Positions 49,449-58,828 of a DNA stretch of 64,000 bases are shown one piece after another. Position numbers and translations under genes: made by a program. The notes beneath the pieces were generated by a model that made no database searches, was not told the origin of the DNA, and saw nothing but the letters and a program-made list of their open reading frames with translations. The first letter of the stretch is position 1; the number at the start of each line of letters is the position of its first letter. Origin of the DNA: Candidatus Eiseniibacteriota bacterium (GTDB taxonomy: Bacteria; Eisenbacteria; RBG-16-71-46); NCBI GenBank assembly GCA_031370785.1, contig JANMQY010000092.1, positions 1 through 64,000 of the forward strand, written 5' to 3'.

Positions 49449-50792
49449 CTAGCGATCTTCCCCGCTTCGCCACGGGAACATCGTCCAGCCCGCCTTGCCC
49501 TCTTCGTATTGGATCTGCGGCAGGACGCGGCCTTCGAGACGGCTCGGCAGCATCTTCGACGAGTTGTTCGAGGCGACCGAAGCCAGGTTCACGTGCTGGA
49601 TCTTTGCGCCGAACTTCGTGTTGACCGCGTCGATCAGCGCGTTGCACAGAATGCCGTGAGCGATGTCGGTCGGATGCACGCCGTCCAGGCTGAATAGACC
49701 ACCGGTGACGAAATCGCTCGTGTAGAGCTGTCCCTGGTAGGTAAAGCCGGTGGTTGCCGCCTGCCGCAGAAGCGCGTTCAGATCGAGCAGCGCGCCGCCG
49801 CGTGCGGTCGCAAGGCTGGCGATCGTCACGTTGTACGCGTTGACCGTGGCCTGGATCGAAGCGGCCTCGCTGGTCGAGAGCACCACCGAATTCGGCAGCG
49901 CCACACCTGTACCCGGCGCGCCGGTCAGGTAGGAGAAAGTGCCGACTGGGAAGCCGTCCCCATTGGCCAGTGACGGCGCTGCGGTGAGCAACACGTGGTC
50001 GAGCGGTGAGAGCGGGGCCGGGGAGCCGCTCTCGCTCCCGATCAGCGGGATCAGCGGGAGCACCGGGTTGCCGGTCGCATCGAGCACCACTGCGGGGAAC
50101 GTGGTGACAAAGGGAATGCTGGTCACGTCCGGCACGTTCACCAGCGCGAACTTTGCGTTTGGAGCTGCGACCGCGATCTTGTCCAGCAGCGCGGTCAGAT
50201 CAGTAGCGAACGTAGCCGGCGGCGACAGCGAAGTGCCTGAACCGTTCGTCGCCGGGCCCAACACCTCATTCGCGCCGTATTCGATGGTGAGGAACGTCGG
50301 CGAGAGCGAGAGCGCCTGATCGGAGACCGGTGTCGAACCCCGTGCGATGAGCGGGAAGGCGCCAGAACCGTAGTTAGCCGCGCTGCTCGCATCGGTCAGA
50401 AGCGCGCCCGGTACGGCCATGTTGTGGTAGGGGGTAGGCTGGGTCGCGTTGGTTGGCGAGCCGGCCACACGCCCGTTTCTGTTGATGACCAGCGGGCTCA
50501 GAGAGACCAACCGCAGCAGGGGGGGCAACCCGTCCGCGCTCACGCTCGGAATGGTAAACGGAGTTCCGACCTGCTGCGCGAACAGGTAGACGAACGATTT
50601 CTGCTGATGATGGACCACCAGGCCGCCCGATTGGTAGCCGGCGGAGATGCTGGTTCCGAGTGCGGCATAGGTCGAGAAATCCGCGCTGCCCGATTGCAGG
50701 GCCGGCGCGTTGATCGCCTTGAGCTTGCCGCAGCCCGCGAGCGCGAGCGCGGCATACCCAAGCGCGAGTAGAGTTCGAACGGATGTTTTCAT
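49449..50792 (-). CDS. SGNH/GDSL lipolytic lipoprotein
   Basis: Lipobox LAGC; ALGTSISAG, NMAVPG, GANE, FSLDGVHP. Confidence 0.88.
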   Translation of the reverse strand: MKTSVRTLLALGYAALALAGCGKLKAINAPALQSGSADFSTYAALGTSISAGYQSGGLVVHHQQKSFVYLFAQQVGTPFTIPSVSADGLPPLLRLVSLSPLVINRNGRVAGSPTNATQPTPYHNMAVPGALLTDASSAANYGSGAFPLIARGSTPVSDQALSLSPTFLTIEYGANEVLGPATNGSGTSLSPPATFATDLTALLDKIAVAAPNAKFALVNVPDVTSIPFVTTFPAVVLDATGNPVLPLIPLIGSESGSPAPLSPLDHVLLTAAPSLANGDGFPVGTFSYLTGAPGTGVALPNSVVLSTSEAASIQATVNAYNVTIASLATARGGALLDLNALLRQAATTGFTYQGQLYTSDFVTGGLFSLDGVHPTDIAHGILCNALIDAVNTKFGAKIQHVNLASVASNNSSKMLPSRLEGRVLPQIQYEEGKAGWTMFPWRSGEDR

Positions 50793-50817
50793 GGCGTGCA
50801 TTCTCCTCTGGCGCCCG

Positions 50818-52113
50818 TTACCAGCGCAGTTCGGCGGTGACGCCGATCGAATTGATGAAGGTCTTGTACTCGCCGTCGTATCCGTCGCGGTTGATGCCTT
50901 CGGTGCTGCGCTTGTTCACGAACAGCGCGAGGTCGTAGGCGTCCAGCGCCCACTGCTTGTTCGCGCCGAAGCGCATTCCCAGGCCCAGCGTCGCGCCGTG
51001 GCGGTCCGCATCGGGCAGCAATGGAGAAACCGACTCGGGCGGCGCGGCGCCCTGATCGAAGTAGTAGCCGAACCGGTACGTGAACGCAGTCAGCCGGTGT
51101 TCGGCGCCGACCCGCACCTGCACGGTGTTGTCGTAGTTTTCCTCGATGGTCTGATTCGCGGACGGCGTGGTCTTGAAGTAGAGCGGAAGGTCGCTGAACA
51201 GCTTCCACTCGACGTAGTTCACATCGGCCTCGACCGTCCAGTCCGTCGCCGGCAGGAACGCGATCCCGGCCGACCACGTGGCCGGGAAGCGCAGCACCGT
51301 GCTCACGTTCTGATCCGGCGGAAGGCTCGCGGCCACCGCGGCGTCGAATCCGGCATTGCCGGTCAGGATCTGCGTGAAGTCCGCGTGCCCGTCTTCGTGC
51401 ACCACCACCTTGCTGCGATAGGCCGCACCCAACTTCCACTGCGTGCCGGGCACGAACGAGAGTGCGGCATTCCAGCCATAGCCGGGCGTCCGGTCTCCCT
51501 CGAGATCGGCCTTCGCCACATCTGTCACCGCCCCGCCGCCGCCCGGCACCACCGCCTGGACGCGGTTGTGCAGCTCGACGTTCGCGAGCAGCACGTTGCC
51601 GCCCGCGGCCACGCTCCACTGGGGGTTCAGCTCGTAGGCGAGCGAGAGCGTGGAGTTGATGGTGGTGAGCTTGGCCTTGGTCACGATGTAGCGGCCGGTG
51701 TAAGTGTCCGGATTCTTCCAGTCCACCCCGAGCCCGTATGTGGTGTTGACTCCGAACCCGACCGCCCATTTCGACGCCGTGCGGTGGGTGAGATAGAAGG
51801 TGGGCAGGGGGAAGTGCTGCGAGTTCATCTCCTCGGTGACGCCGTAGCCCGGGTAGGCCGGCATTCCGGCGAAGCTCACGGCCGGAGACAGGATGCTGCT
51901 CCCGATGTAGAAGCGCGTGCGATCCACTCGCGTCAGCGCGGCGGGATTGAAGAACAGCGCCGAGGCATCATTCACCGATGCGGTGCCCGCCCCGGCCATG
52001 CCGAGCACGGCAGAACCCTGCTCGTAGATCTGATAGCCGGCGGCATGCGCCGGATCGGGAGCCGCGATCGCGCACAGCAGCGCGGCTCCGAGCATGAGAC
52101 GGACCGGTTTCAT
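50818..52113 (-). CDS. OmpP1/FadL long-chain fatty acid outer-membrane transporter
   Basis: Signal peptide; AGYQIYEQG...GMAGA...DASALFFNPA, YGL..DW, LPDADR, terminal W; AAGGAG RBS. Confidence 0.92.
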   Translation of the reverse strand: MKPVRLMLGAALLCAIAAPDPAHAAGYQIYEQGSAVLGMAGAGTASVNDASALFFNPAALTRVDRTRFYIGSSILSPAVSFAGMPAYPGYGVTEEMNSQHFPLPTFYLTHRTASKWAVGFGVNTTYGLGVDWKNPDTYTGRYIVTKAKLTTINSTLSLAYELNPQWSVAAGGNVLLANVELHNRVQAVVPGGGGAVTDVAKADLEGDRTPGYGWNAALSFVPGTQWKLGAAYRSKVVVHEDGHADFTQILTGNAGFDAAVAASLPPDQNVSTVLRFPATWSAGIAFLPATDWTVEADVNYVEWKLFSDLPLYFKTTPSANQTIEENYDNTVQVRVGAEHRLTAFTYRFGYYFDQGAAPPESVSPLLPDADRHGATLGLGMRFGANKQWALDAYDLALFVNKRSTEGINRDGYDGEYKTFINSIGVTAELRW

Positions 52114-52151
52114 GATGCTTCTCCTTAGGGGTGGGGAGGGTCCCGGCGACG

Positions 52152-53972
52152 CTAGGCTCTGCCGTAGTTCGTCGGGTGGGCGGGAGCGTGGGCATATAGC
52201 TTCGAGATGACGTCGGCGAATCGCTCCGCGACCACCCGCCGGCGGACCTTGAATGTGGGCGTCAGCTCGCCGGCGTCCTGACTCAGGTCGCGGCCGAGCA
52301 GCGCGAAATACTTGATCTGCTCGAACGGAGCGAGATCGACGTTGAGCGAATCCACGATCTGCTGATAGAGCGCATTGACCTCGGGAAGGCCGAGCAGCTC
52401 CTCGTGGGTCGTGAACTTCCATCCGTGGGTGCGCGCCTCGGCCTCGAGGGTCGCGAAGTTGGGCACCAGCAGGCACACGACGTAGGGCCGCTGGTCGCCG
52501 AGCAGCACCGCCTCGGTCACGAACTTGCTCTGCTTGAGCCTGGCCTCGAGCGGCTGCGGCGCGATCTTCTTACCGCCCGCAGTCACCAGCAGATCCTTGA
52601 TCCGGTCGGTGATGACCAGCATGCCGTCGGAATCGAGGTAGCCGACATCCCCGGTGTGGAACCATCCATCGCGGATCGCCTGGTGAGTGGCCTCCTCGTT
52701 CTTGAAATACCCGAGCATGACGTGCGGGCCACGCGTCAGGATCTCGCCGTCCGCGCCGATGCGCACTTCCACTCCGGGGATGGGTGGTCCGACCGAGCCG
52801 GGCTTCTCGTTTCCGCGCCGGTTGAGACAGATCACCGGCGAGGTCTCGGTCAGGCCGTAGCCTTCGACGATCGGGATGCCGACCGCGAAGAAGAACTCGA
52901 GCAGCTTGCCCGAAAGCGGCGCGCCGCCCGAGACGCAGTAGCGCAGCCGGCCGCCGACCCGCGCACGGATCTTGGCGCCGACCAGCCGGTCGGCGATCCG
53001 GGCTTGGAATGCGGCGAGCGGGCCGAGCTTGCGGTGCGCGAAGTAGGCGCGGGCCTTCACCTGACCCGCATGCAGGCCCCAGAAGAAGATGTTGCGCCGG
53101 ATCGGGGGCTGCGAGAGCGCGTTCTCCATCACCCGGGCATATACCTTCTCGTAGAAGCGCGGCACACCGGTCATGACGGTCGGGCGCACTTCGACCGCGT
53201 TGGCCGCCACCGTGTCGATGCTCTCGGCATAGGCGATGGTGACGCCCGCGCCGAGCATGGCGTAGAGCCCGGCCATGCGCTCGAGGATGTGACACAGCGG
53301 CAGGAACGAGAGGCTGGTGTCTTCAGCTCCGAGCCCGATCGTCTCCAGGCACGCGGCGACGTTCGAGGTCACGTTGCCGTGAGAGAGCATCGCCCCCTTG
53401 GGCTCTCCGGTGGTGCCCGAGGTGTAGATGATGGTGGCGAGATCCCCGCTCTTCACCTGCTGCGCCGACTGGCGGAAGGCCTGCGGTTCGCGCGCCAGGC
53501 GCTCCGCGCCGCGCCGCATGATCGCATCCAGCGGCCGGTCCTTGGGGTGGCTCTCCGCAACCGGGTCCATGTGCACCAGCGCGGCAAGCCGGGGAAGCGT
53601 GTCGACGATGGCGTGAAGCTTGGCGAGCTGCGCCGGCGTCGAAGCGATCACCACCTTCGCTTCGGAATTCTCGAGGATGTAGCGGCACTGCTGTGCGGTG
53701 AGCGTCGGATAGATCGGCACCGAGACCGCGCCGAGCCCGAGGATCGCCAGATCGCACACCGGCCACTCGTAGCGGTTCTCCGAGAGGATTGCGACGTGAT
53801 CGCCGCGCTGCACTCCCAGGTCGCTGAGCCCGAGCGCCAGGCGCTCGACGTCGGCGAGCGCTCGCTCGGCGGAGATGGACTCCCAGCGGCCGGACACCTT
53901 GCGCATGAACAGCGAGGGCTTGCGATGGCGCGCGACGGTTTCGAGAAAGATGCCGATCAGCGTTTGCGTCAT
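52152..53972 (-). CDS. fadD: Long-chain fatty acid-CoA ligase
   Basis: IIYTSGTTGEPKG, LPLCH, EGYGLTE, GWFHTGD, DRIKD. Confidence 0.9.
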   Translation of the reverse strand: MTQTLIGIFLETVARHRKPSLFMRKVSGRWESISAERALADVERLALGLSDLGVQRGDHVAILSENRYEWPVCDLAILGLGAVSVPIYPTLTAQQCRYILENSEAKVVIASTPAQLAKLHAIVDTLPRLAALVHMDPVAESHPKDRPLDAIMRRGAERLAREPQAFRQSAQQVKSGDLATIIYTSGTTGEPKGAMLSHGNVTSNVAACLETIGLGAEDTSLSFLPLCHILERMAGLYAMLGAGVTIAYAESIDTVAANAVEVRPTVMTGVPRFYEKVYARVMENALSQPPIRRNIFFWGLHAGQVKARAYFAHRKLGPLAAFQARIADRLVGAKIRARVGGRLRYCVSGGAPLSGKLLEFFFAVGIPIVEGYGLTETSPVICLNRRGNEKPGSVGPPIPGVEVRIGADGEILTRGPHVMLGYFKNEEATHQAIRDGWFHTGDVGYLDSDGMLVITDRIKDLLVTAGGKKIAPQPLEARLKQSKFVTEAVLLGDQRPYVVCLLVPNFATLEAEARTHGWKFTTHEELLGLPEVNALYQQIVDSLNVDLAPFEQIKYFALLGRDLSQDAGELTPTFKVRRRVVAERFADVISKLYAHAPAHPTNYGRA

Positions 53973-54178
53973 GCGTCCCTCCGGTTCGGGCCGCCTTCCT
54001 GGTGGCGGCACGGCGCGGGAAGGCATAGCACCCGCGGAACACACCCTCAAGCGCGAAAAGGCCGCCGCAACACGCTACCCGGTGCGCCCGGTGCGGCCGT
54101 TGACAAGTGGAACGGCGGTGAAGGACAGTCCGCGGGCTGTGGGGCGCATGAGGCGCCCGGCAACGGAGGCGTCATGCC

Positions 54179-54988
54179 ATGGCACGTCTGAACGGATTCC
54201 ACGCCACTACGCGACTCGCACTGCCTGCCCTGCTCGCGATGCTCGCGCTGCTCTGGGCCCCGCCCCGCATCGCGGTAGCGTCGGGTGCCGCCGAGGCCGT
54301 CACGCGCGGCGATGAGCTTTACGCCAGAGGGCGCCTCGCCGATGCGTACGCGCAGTACGCGGTCGCGCTCCAGGCGAACCCTTCCGACTTTCACGCGCTG
54401 TGCCGGATGTCCCGCGCCGAGTCCGAGCTGGGCGAAGACGCCAGCGGCGAGGAACGCCGCCGTCTGATCGCCGCGGCGGTCGAGCATGCGCGCGCGGCGG
54501 TGCGCATCGCGCCCGACAGTGCGCAGGGCCACGTGTGGCTGGCGGTCGCGCTCGGGCGCCAGGCGCTCAAGGAAGGACCGAAGGGCAAGCTCGCGCTGGC
54601 GCGCGAGATCAAGTCCGAGGCCGATCGTGCGCTTGCGCTCGACCCGAACAACGCGCGCGCCTACCACGTGCGCGCGGTGTGGAACCGTGAAGTGGCGGGC
54701 CTCAACTTCTTCGAACGGGCCGCGGCCAACACCGTGCTGGGCGGAGTGCCGGCCGGAGCCTCGATGGACAACGCGGTCCGCGACCTCGAGAAGGCGATCT
54801 CGCTCGAGCCCGACTACGTAAATCACCACCTCGAGCTGGGACGCACGTTCCGCATGCTCAAGCGCTGGGGCGACGCGCGGCGCGAGCTGGAAAAGGCGAT
54901 CGCGCTGCCGCCCACCAGCAATTCGCGCGATCCGAAATTCCAGGACGAAGCGCGCGAGCTGCTCTCGCGCCTGCCGAAGAAGGGCTGA
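54179..54988 (+). CDS. Exported TPR protein, RMDN (regulator of microtubule dynamics)-like
   Basis: Signal peptide; LCRMSRA, GHVWLA, EG.K.K, IKSEADRALALDP, W.REVAGLNFFERAAA...GGVP, LELGRT, EARELL. Confidence 0.75.
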   Translation: MARLNGFHATTRLALPALLAMLALLWAPPRIAVASGAAEAVTRGDELYARGRLADAYAQYAVALQANPSDFHALCRMSRAESELGEDASGEERRRLIAAAVEHARAAVRIAPDSAQGHVWLAVALGRQALKEGPKGKLALAREIKSEADRALALDPNNARAYHVRAVWNREVAGLNFFERAAANTVLGGVPAGASMDNAVRDLEKAISLEPDYVNHHLELGRTFRMLKRWGDARRELEKAIALPPTSNSRDPKFQDEARELLSRLPKKG

Positions 54989-54999
54989 GCAAAAGCGAC

Positions 55000-56286
55000 A
55001 TGGCGAGCGGTTCCTCCTCCGCCTGGATCCTTGCTGGCGTGCGCACGCCGTTTGCCAAGGCCGGAACCGCATTCGCGCGCACGCCGGTCTACGAGCTGGG
55101 CCGGATCGCGCTCGCCGAGCTGCTCGCGCGCCAGGAGCTGGATCCGGCGCGCCTCGATGAGGTGATCCTCGGCAACTGCGCGCAGCCTGCCGAGGCCGCG
55201 AACGTCGCGCGCGTCACCGCGCTGCGCGCCGGAGTTCCCGAGTCGGTCCCCGGATTCACCGTGCACCGCAATTGCGCCTCGGGCATGGAGTCGGTGGCCG
55301 ACGCCGCGCTGCGCGTGCGCGCCGGTGAGGCCAGGCTGGTGCTGGCCGGCGGCATGGAGTCGATGAGCCAGATTCCGCTCCTCTACCCCTACGAATACGG
55401 GACATGGCTCGAGAGCTTCATGCGTGCGAAGACGCCGCTGCAGAAGCTCGGCGCACTGACCCGTTTCCGCGCCGGGATGCTCAAGCCGCGGATCGCGATC
55501 ATGGAGGCGCTCACCGATCCGGTGTGCGGTCTCAACATGGGCCAGACCGCGGAGGTGCTGTCGCGCGAATGGAAGATCACGCGCGAGCAGCAGGACGCCT
55601 TCGCGCTGCAGAGCCACCAGCGCACCATCGCCGCGCGCGAGCGGCTGCGCGACGAGATCGTGCCGGTGTTCGTCGAGCCCGGCTACGCGATGATCGCGGA
55701 CGATGTCGGGCCGCGCGAGGGGCAGACGCTCGAGGCGCTCGGGAAGCTGAAGCCGTTCTTCGACCGTCGCAACGGAACGGTCACGGTCGGCAACTCCTGT
55801 CCGATCACCGATGGCGCGGTGGCACTGCTGGTCGGGGACGAGACCGTGGCCGGGTCGTGGCCTACTCCGCCGCTCGGGCGCATCGTCTCGTTCGCGTTCG
55901 CGGGGCTCTCGCCGAAGCGCATGGGGCTCGGGCCGGTCTACGCCATGGCACGCGCGCTCGATCAGGCGGGACTGACGCTCGCCGACATGGGGCTGATCGA
56001 GATCAACGAGGCATTCGCTGCGCAGGTGCTGGCGTGTCTGGCGGCGGCGAAGAGCGCGGAGTTCGCGCGCACCGCACTCGGGCGCGAGGAGCCGCTGGGC
56101 GAGATCCCGATGGAGAGGCTGAATCCCAACGGCGGCGCGATCGCGCTCGGCCATCCGGTCGGGGCGAGCGGCGCGCGCCTCCTGCTCACCCTGCTGATGG
56201 AGATGCGCCGGCGCGGGCTCAAGCGCGGCATCGCCAGCCTGTGCGTCGGCGGCGGACAGGGCGCGGCGTTCGTGGTGGAGCGATGA
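55000..56286 (+). CDS. Acetyl-CoA C-acyltransferase (3-ketoacyl-CoA thiolase, FadI-like)
   Basis: RTPF, NCASG, GGMESMS, NEAFA, GHPVGASG, LCVGGGQG. Confidence 0.95.
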   Translation: MASGSSSAWILAGVRTPFAKAGTAFARTPVYELGRIALAELLARQELDPARLDEVILGNCAQPAEAANVARVTALRAGVPESVPGFTVHRNCASGMESVADAALRVRAGEARLVLAGGMESMSQIPLLYPYEYGTWLESFMRAKTPLQKLGALTRFRAGMLKPRIAIMEALTDPVCGLNMGQTAEVLSREWKITREQQDAFALQSHQRTIAARERLRDEIVPVFVEPGYAMIADDVGPREGQTLEALGKLKPFFDRRNGTVTVGNSCPITDGAVALLVGDETVAGSWPTPPLGRIVSFAFAGLSPKRMGLGPVYAMARALDQAGLTLADMGLIEINEAFAAQVLACLAAAKSAEFARTALGREEPLGEIPMERLNPNGGAIALGHPVGASGARLLLTLLMEMRRRGLKRGIASLCVGGGQGAAFVVER

Positions 56287-58460
56287 GCCCGGGCGCCTTC
56301 CGCATCGTGTGGCCGCGGCCCGGGCTCGCGCACCTGGTGATGGACGACCCCGCGCACAAGGTAAACGTGCTCGACGAGCCGGCGCTGCGCGATCTGGAGC
56401 GCGCGATCGCCGAGCTCGAGGGCGCCGCCTCGCTCGAGGGTGTGGTGCTGGCCAGCGGCAAGACCAGCGGATTCATCGCCGGCGCGGACATCGAGGCGAT
56501 CGGACGCCTGACCGATCGCGAGCAGGTGCTGGCGCTGATCCGGCGCGCGCACGCGATCTTCAACCGGCTGGCCGCGCTCAAGGCTCCGACCGTGGCGGCG
56601 ATCGACGGCGTGTGCCTCGGAGGAGGGACCGAGCTGGCGCTCGCATGCGACTCGCGAGTGGCTGCCGAGGAGACCGCTCAGATCGGCCTGCCCGAGACCC
56701 TGCTCGGCATCTTCCCCGGATTCGGAGGCACCACCCGCCTGCCGCGGCTGGTCGGCGTGCAGACCGCGCTCGATCTGATCCTGACCGCGCGCACGCTCGA
56801 TGCGCGGCGCGCCGAAAAGGTCGGGCTGGTGGCGCGCGCGGTCCCGCAGGCGTGGCTGATGCAGGCCGCCGAGGAAAGGCTGGCCCAGCTGGCCGCCCGC
56901 CCGGCGAAGCGGCGGCGCGACGCGTTTCGTCCGCGGGGCTTCAGGATGTGGCTGCTCGAGGGCAACCCGTTCGGTCGCCAGACGGTGTTCCAGCGCGCGG
57001 AGGCCATGACCAGGGCGCGAACCCAGGGGAAATACCCGGCGCCGGTCGCTGCGATCAAGGTCATGCAGCTCGCGCACGGCCGTCCGATCGGCGAAGCGCT
57101 GGAGCTCGAGGCCCAGTGGGTGAGCGACCTCGTGATCGGGCCGGTGTGCAAGAACCTGGTGCGCATCTTCCGGCTTCAGGAGCGGGCGAAGAAGGATCCG
57201 GTCGGCGATCCGACCCTCAAGCCCCGTCCGGTGCGTTCGCTGGCGCTGATCGGCGCGGGCCTGATGGGCGGGGGCATCGCGGAGCTGGCCAGCCGTAACG
57301 GTGTCGAGGTGCGCATCCGTGACGTCCAGCCTGCCTCGCTGACGCACGCGCTCCAGACCGTGAAATCGCTGGTGGATGAGCGCGTGCACAAGCGGCGCGC
57401 GACCCGCATCGAGGCCGCGGCCCAGCTCGCTCGCGTGCTGCCAACCCTGGATCTCACCGGATTCAAGCGCGCCGATTTCGCGATCGAGGCGGTGATCGAA
57501 GACGTCGACGTCAAGCGCCGCGTCTTCGGCGAGCTCGAGGTGAGGGTTTCGCCCGATGCGATCCTCGCCACCAACACCTCGTCGCTTTCGGTCAACGCGC
57601 TGGCCGACGGGCTCGAGCATCCGGAACGCTTCTGCGGATTCCATTTCTTCAATCCGGTGCACCGCATGCCGCTGGTCGAAGTGGTGCGCGCGCGGCAGAC
57701 CTCGGATGCGACCCTGGTCAGTGCGGTCGCCTTCGCGCGCCGGTTGGGGAAGACTCCGGTGGTGGTGAACGACTCCCCGGGATTCGTGGTGAATCGTATC
57801 CTGATGCCCTACCTGCGTGAGGCCATGCACCTGCTCGAGGACGGCTATCCGCTCGCCGACATCGATGCCTCGATGAAGCGCTTCGGCATGCCGATGGGCC
57901 CGTTCGCGGTGCTGGATGAAGTCGGGATCGACGTCGCGCACAAGGTGGCCGGCGTGCTGTCCCGCGCATTCCCCGACCGGATGACGCCGTCCGATGCGCT
58001 CGAGAAGCTGCTCGCCGCGAAGCGGCTGGGGAAGAAGAGCGGCGCCGGGTTCTATCGCCATCGCAGGCGCAAGTCGGTCCTTGACCCGAACCTGCGCGCG
58101 CTGCTCGGGCTCAAGCGCGAGCGTCGGGCGCAGAGTCTCGAGCTCCTGAGCGAGCGCATGGTCCTGGCCATGATCAACGAAGCCGCGCGATGTCTGGAGG
58201 AGGGCGTGGTCGCGGACGCGGGGATGCTCGACCTGGCGATGATCTTTGGCGCGGGATTTCCGCCGTTCCGTGGTGGCCTGTTGCGCCATGCCGACACCCT
58301 CGGGCTCGCGAGGATCGAGGCGCGCCTGACCGCGCTTCGCGCTGAGAAGGGCGAGCGCTTCGCTCCGGCCAGGCTGCTGTCCAAGCTCGCGGCCGAGGGC
58401 GGCACATTCACGGGCGAGGCGGCAGGCGAAGCGCGCGGGAACTCGCGCGGCGAGAGCTGA
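56283..58460 (+). CDS. Multifunctional enoyl-CoA hydratase / 3-hydroxyacyl-CoA dehydrogenase (FadJ/FadB-like)
   Basis: FIAGADI, CLGGG.E, GLPE, GAGLMGGGI, EAVIED, TNTSSL, HFFNP, GFVVNR, PMGP; ATGA overlap with the thiolase. Confidence 0.95.
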   Translation: MSPGAFRIVWPRPGLAHLVMDDPAHKVNVLDEPALRDLERAIAELEGAASLEGVVLASGKTSGFIAGADIEAIGRLTDREQVLALIRRAHAIFNRLAALKAPTVAAIDGVCLGGGTELALACDSRVAAEETAQIGLPETLLGIFPGFGGTTRLPRLVGVQTALDLILTARTLDARRAEKVGLVARAVPQAWLMQAAEERLAQLAARPAKRRRDAFRPRGFRMWLLEGNPFGRQTVFQRAEAMTRARTQGKYPAPVAAIKVMQLAHGRPIGEALELEAQWVSDLVIGPVCKNLVRIFRLQERAKKDPVGDPTLKPRPVRSLALIGAGLMGGGIAELASRNGVEVRIRDVQPASLTHALQTVKSLVDERVHKRRATRIEAAAQLARVLPTLDLTGFKRADFAIEAVIEDVDVKRRVFGELEVRVSPDAILATNTSSLSVNALADGLEHPERFCGFHFFNPVHRMPLVEVVRARQTSDATLVSAVAFARRLGKTPVVVNDSPGFVVNRILMPYLREAMHLLEDGYPLADIDASMKRFGMPMGPFAVLDEVGIDVAHKVAGVLSRAFPDRMTPSDALEKLLAAKRLGKKSGAGFYRHRRRKSVLDPNLRALLGLKRERRAQSLELLSERMVLAMINEAARCLEEGVVADAGMLDLAMIFGAGFPPFRGGLLRHADTLGLARIEARLTALRAEKGERFAPARLLSKLAAEGGTFTGEAAGEARGNSRGES

Positions 58461-58508
58461 CACCCGACCTCGCGACGCGGCGCTTTCTCCAGGAGCGACA
58501 CTCTCACT

Positions 58509-58550
58509 AGAAATGCAAGAGCGCCCGGCTGGGAGCCGGGCGCATCTTGC
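58509..58550. terminator. Strong hairpin terminator
   Basis: GCAAGA-GCGCCCGGCT-GGG-AGCCGGGCGC-A-TCTTGC; ATTTCT tail on the minus strand. Confidence 0.7.
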
Positions 58551-58644
58551 GGCCCTGGAGCTTGCCCTCTCCAGGTCCCCCTGTCTTGGAAGACTCGCGA
58601 CTGGTTTGAAGGTCGCACGCCACGCGTTCGCATTCACGTGACGG
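58509..58644 (-). ncRNA. Candidate ECF-sigma-dependent small RNA (about 135 nt)
   Basis: Promoter-like GCAAC-N17-CGTCTA immediately upstream; three internal hairpins; terminator; no credible ORF. Confidence 0.4.
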
Positions 58645-58651
58645 ATATATA

Positions 58652-58677
58652 GACGCTTGGGGGTCCACCAAAGTTGC
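58652..58677 (-). promoter_or_regulatory. Putative ECF-sigma promoter
   Basis: Minus strand GCAAC-N17-CGTC (spacer begins TTT) followed by AT-rich TATATAT. Confidence 0.5.
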
Positions 58678-58828
58678 AAGGCTGTGGTCAAGAGTCGAGA
58701 TCACGGGTTCACGACCGGCCCGCACACGACGAACGCGGGAAGATGCTGCCTCGGACGCGGCTCCGAGCACAAAAGCCAGACGGCACCCGCGTGATGCGGA
58801 CGCCGTCGGTGCACTCTGAAACCGGCCT

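Noticed and set aside
58560..58625. tRNA-Sec-like CTTCAAA loop on the minus strand
   Set aside because: No anticodon stem around a 7-nt loop, no TTCGA T-arm, no acceptor stem or CCA
55962..58691. Very long antisense or alternate-frame ORFs (also 23499-25910, 42241-44163, 32807-34873, 9328-11616)
   Set aside because: Shadow ORFs expected at high GC: Arg/Ala/Pro-rich, no motifs, and overlapping well-supported genes
58546..58715. 6S RNA call for the imperfect long hairpin
   Set aside because: Typical 6S conserved segments could not be matched convincingly by eye; kept only as an unspecified ncRNA candidate
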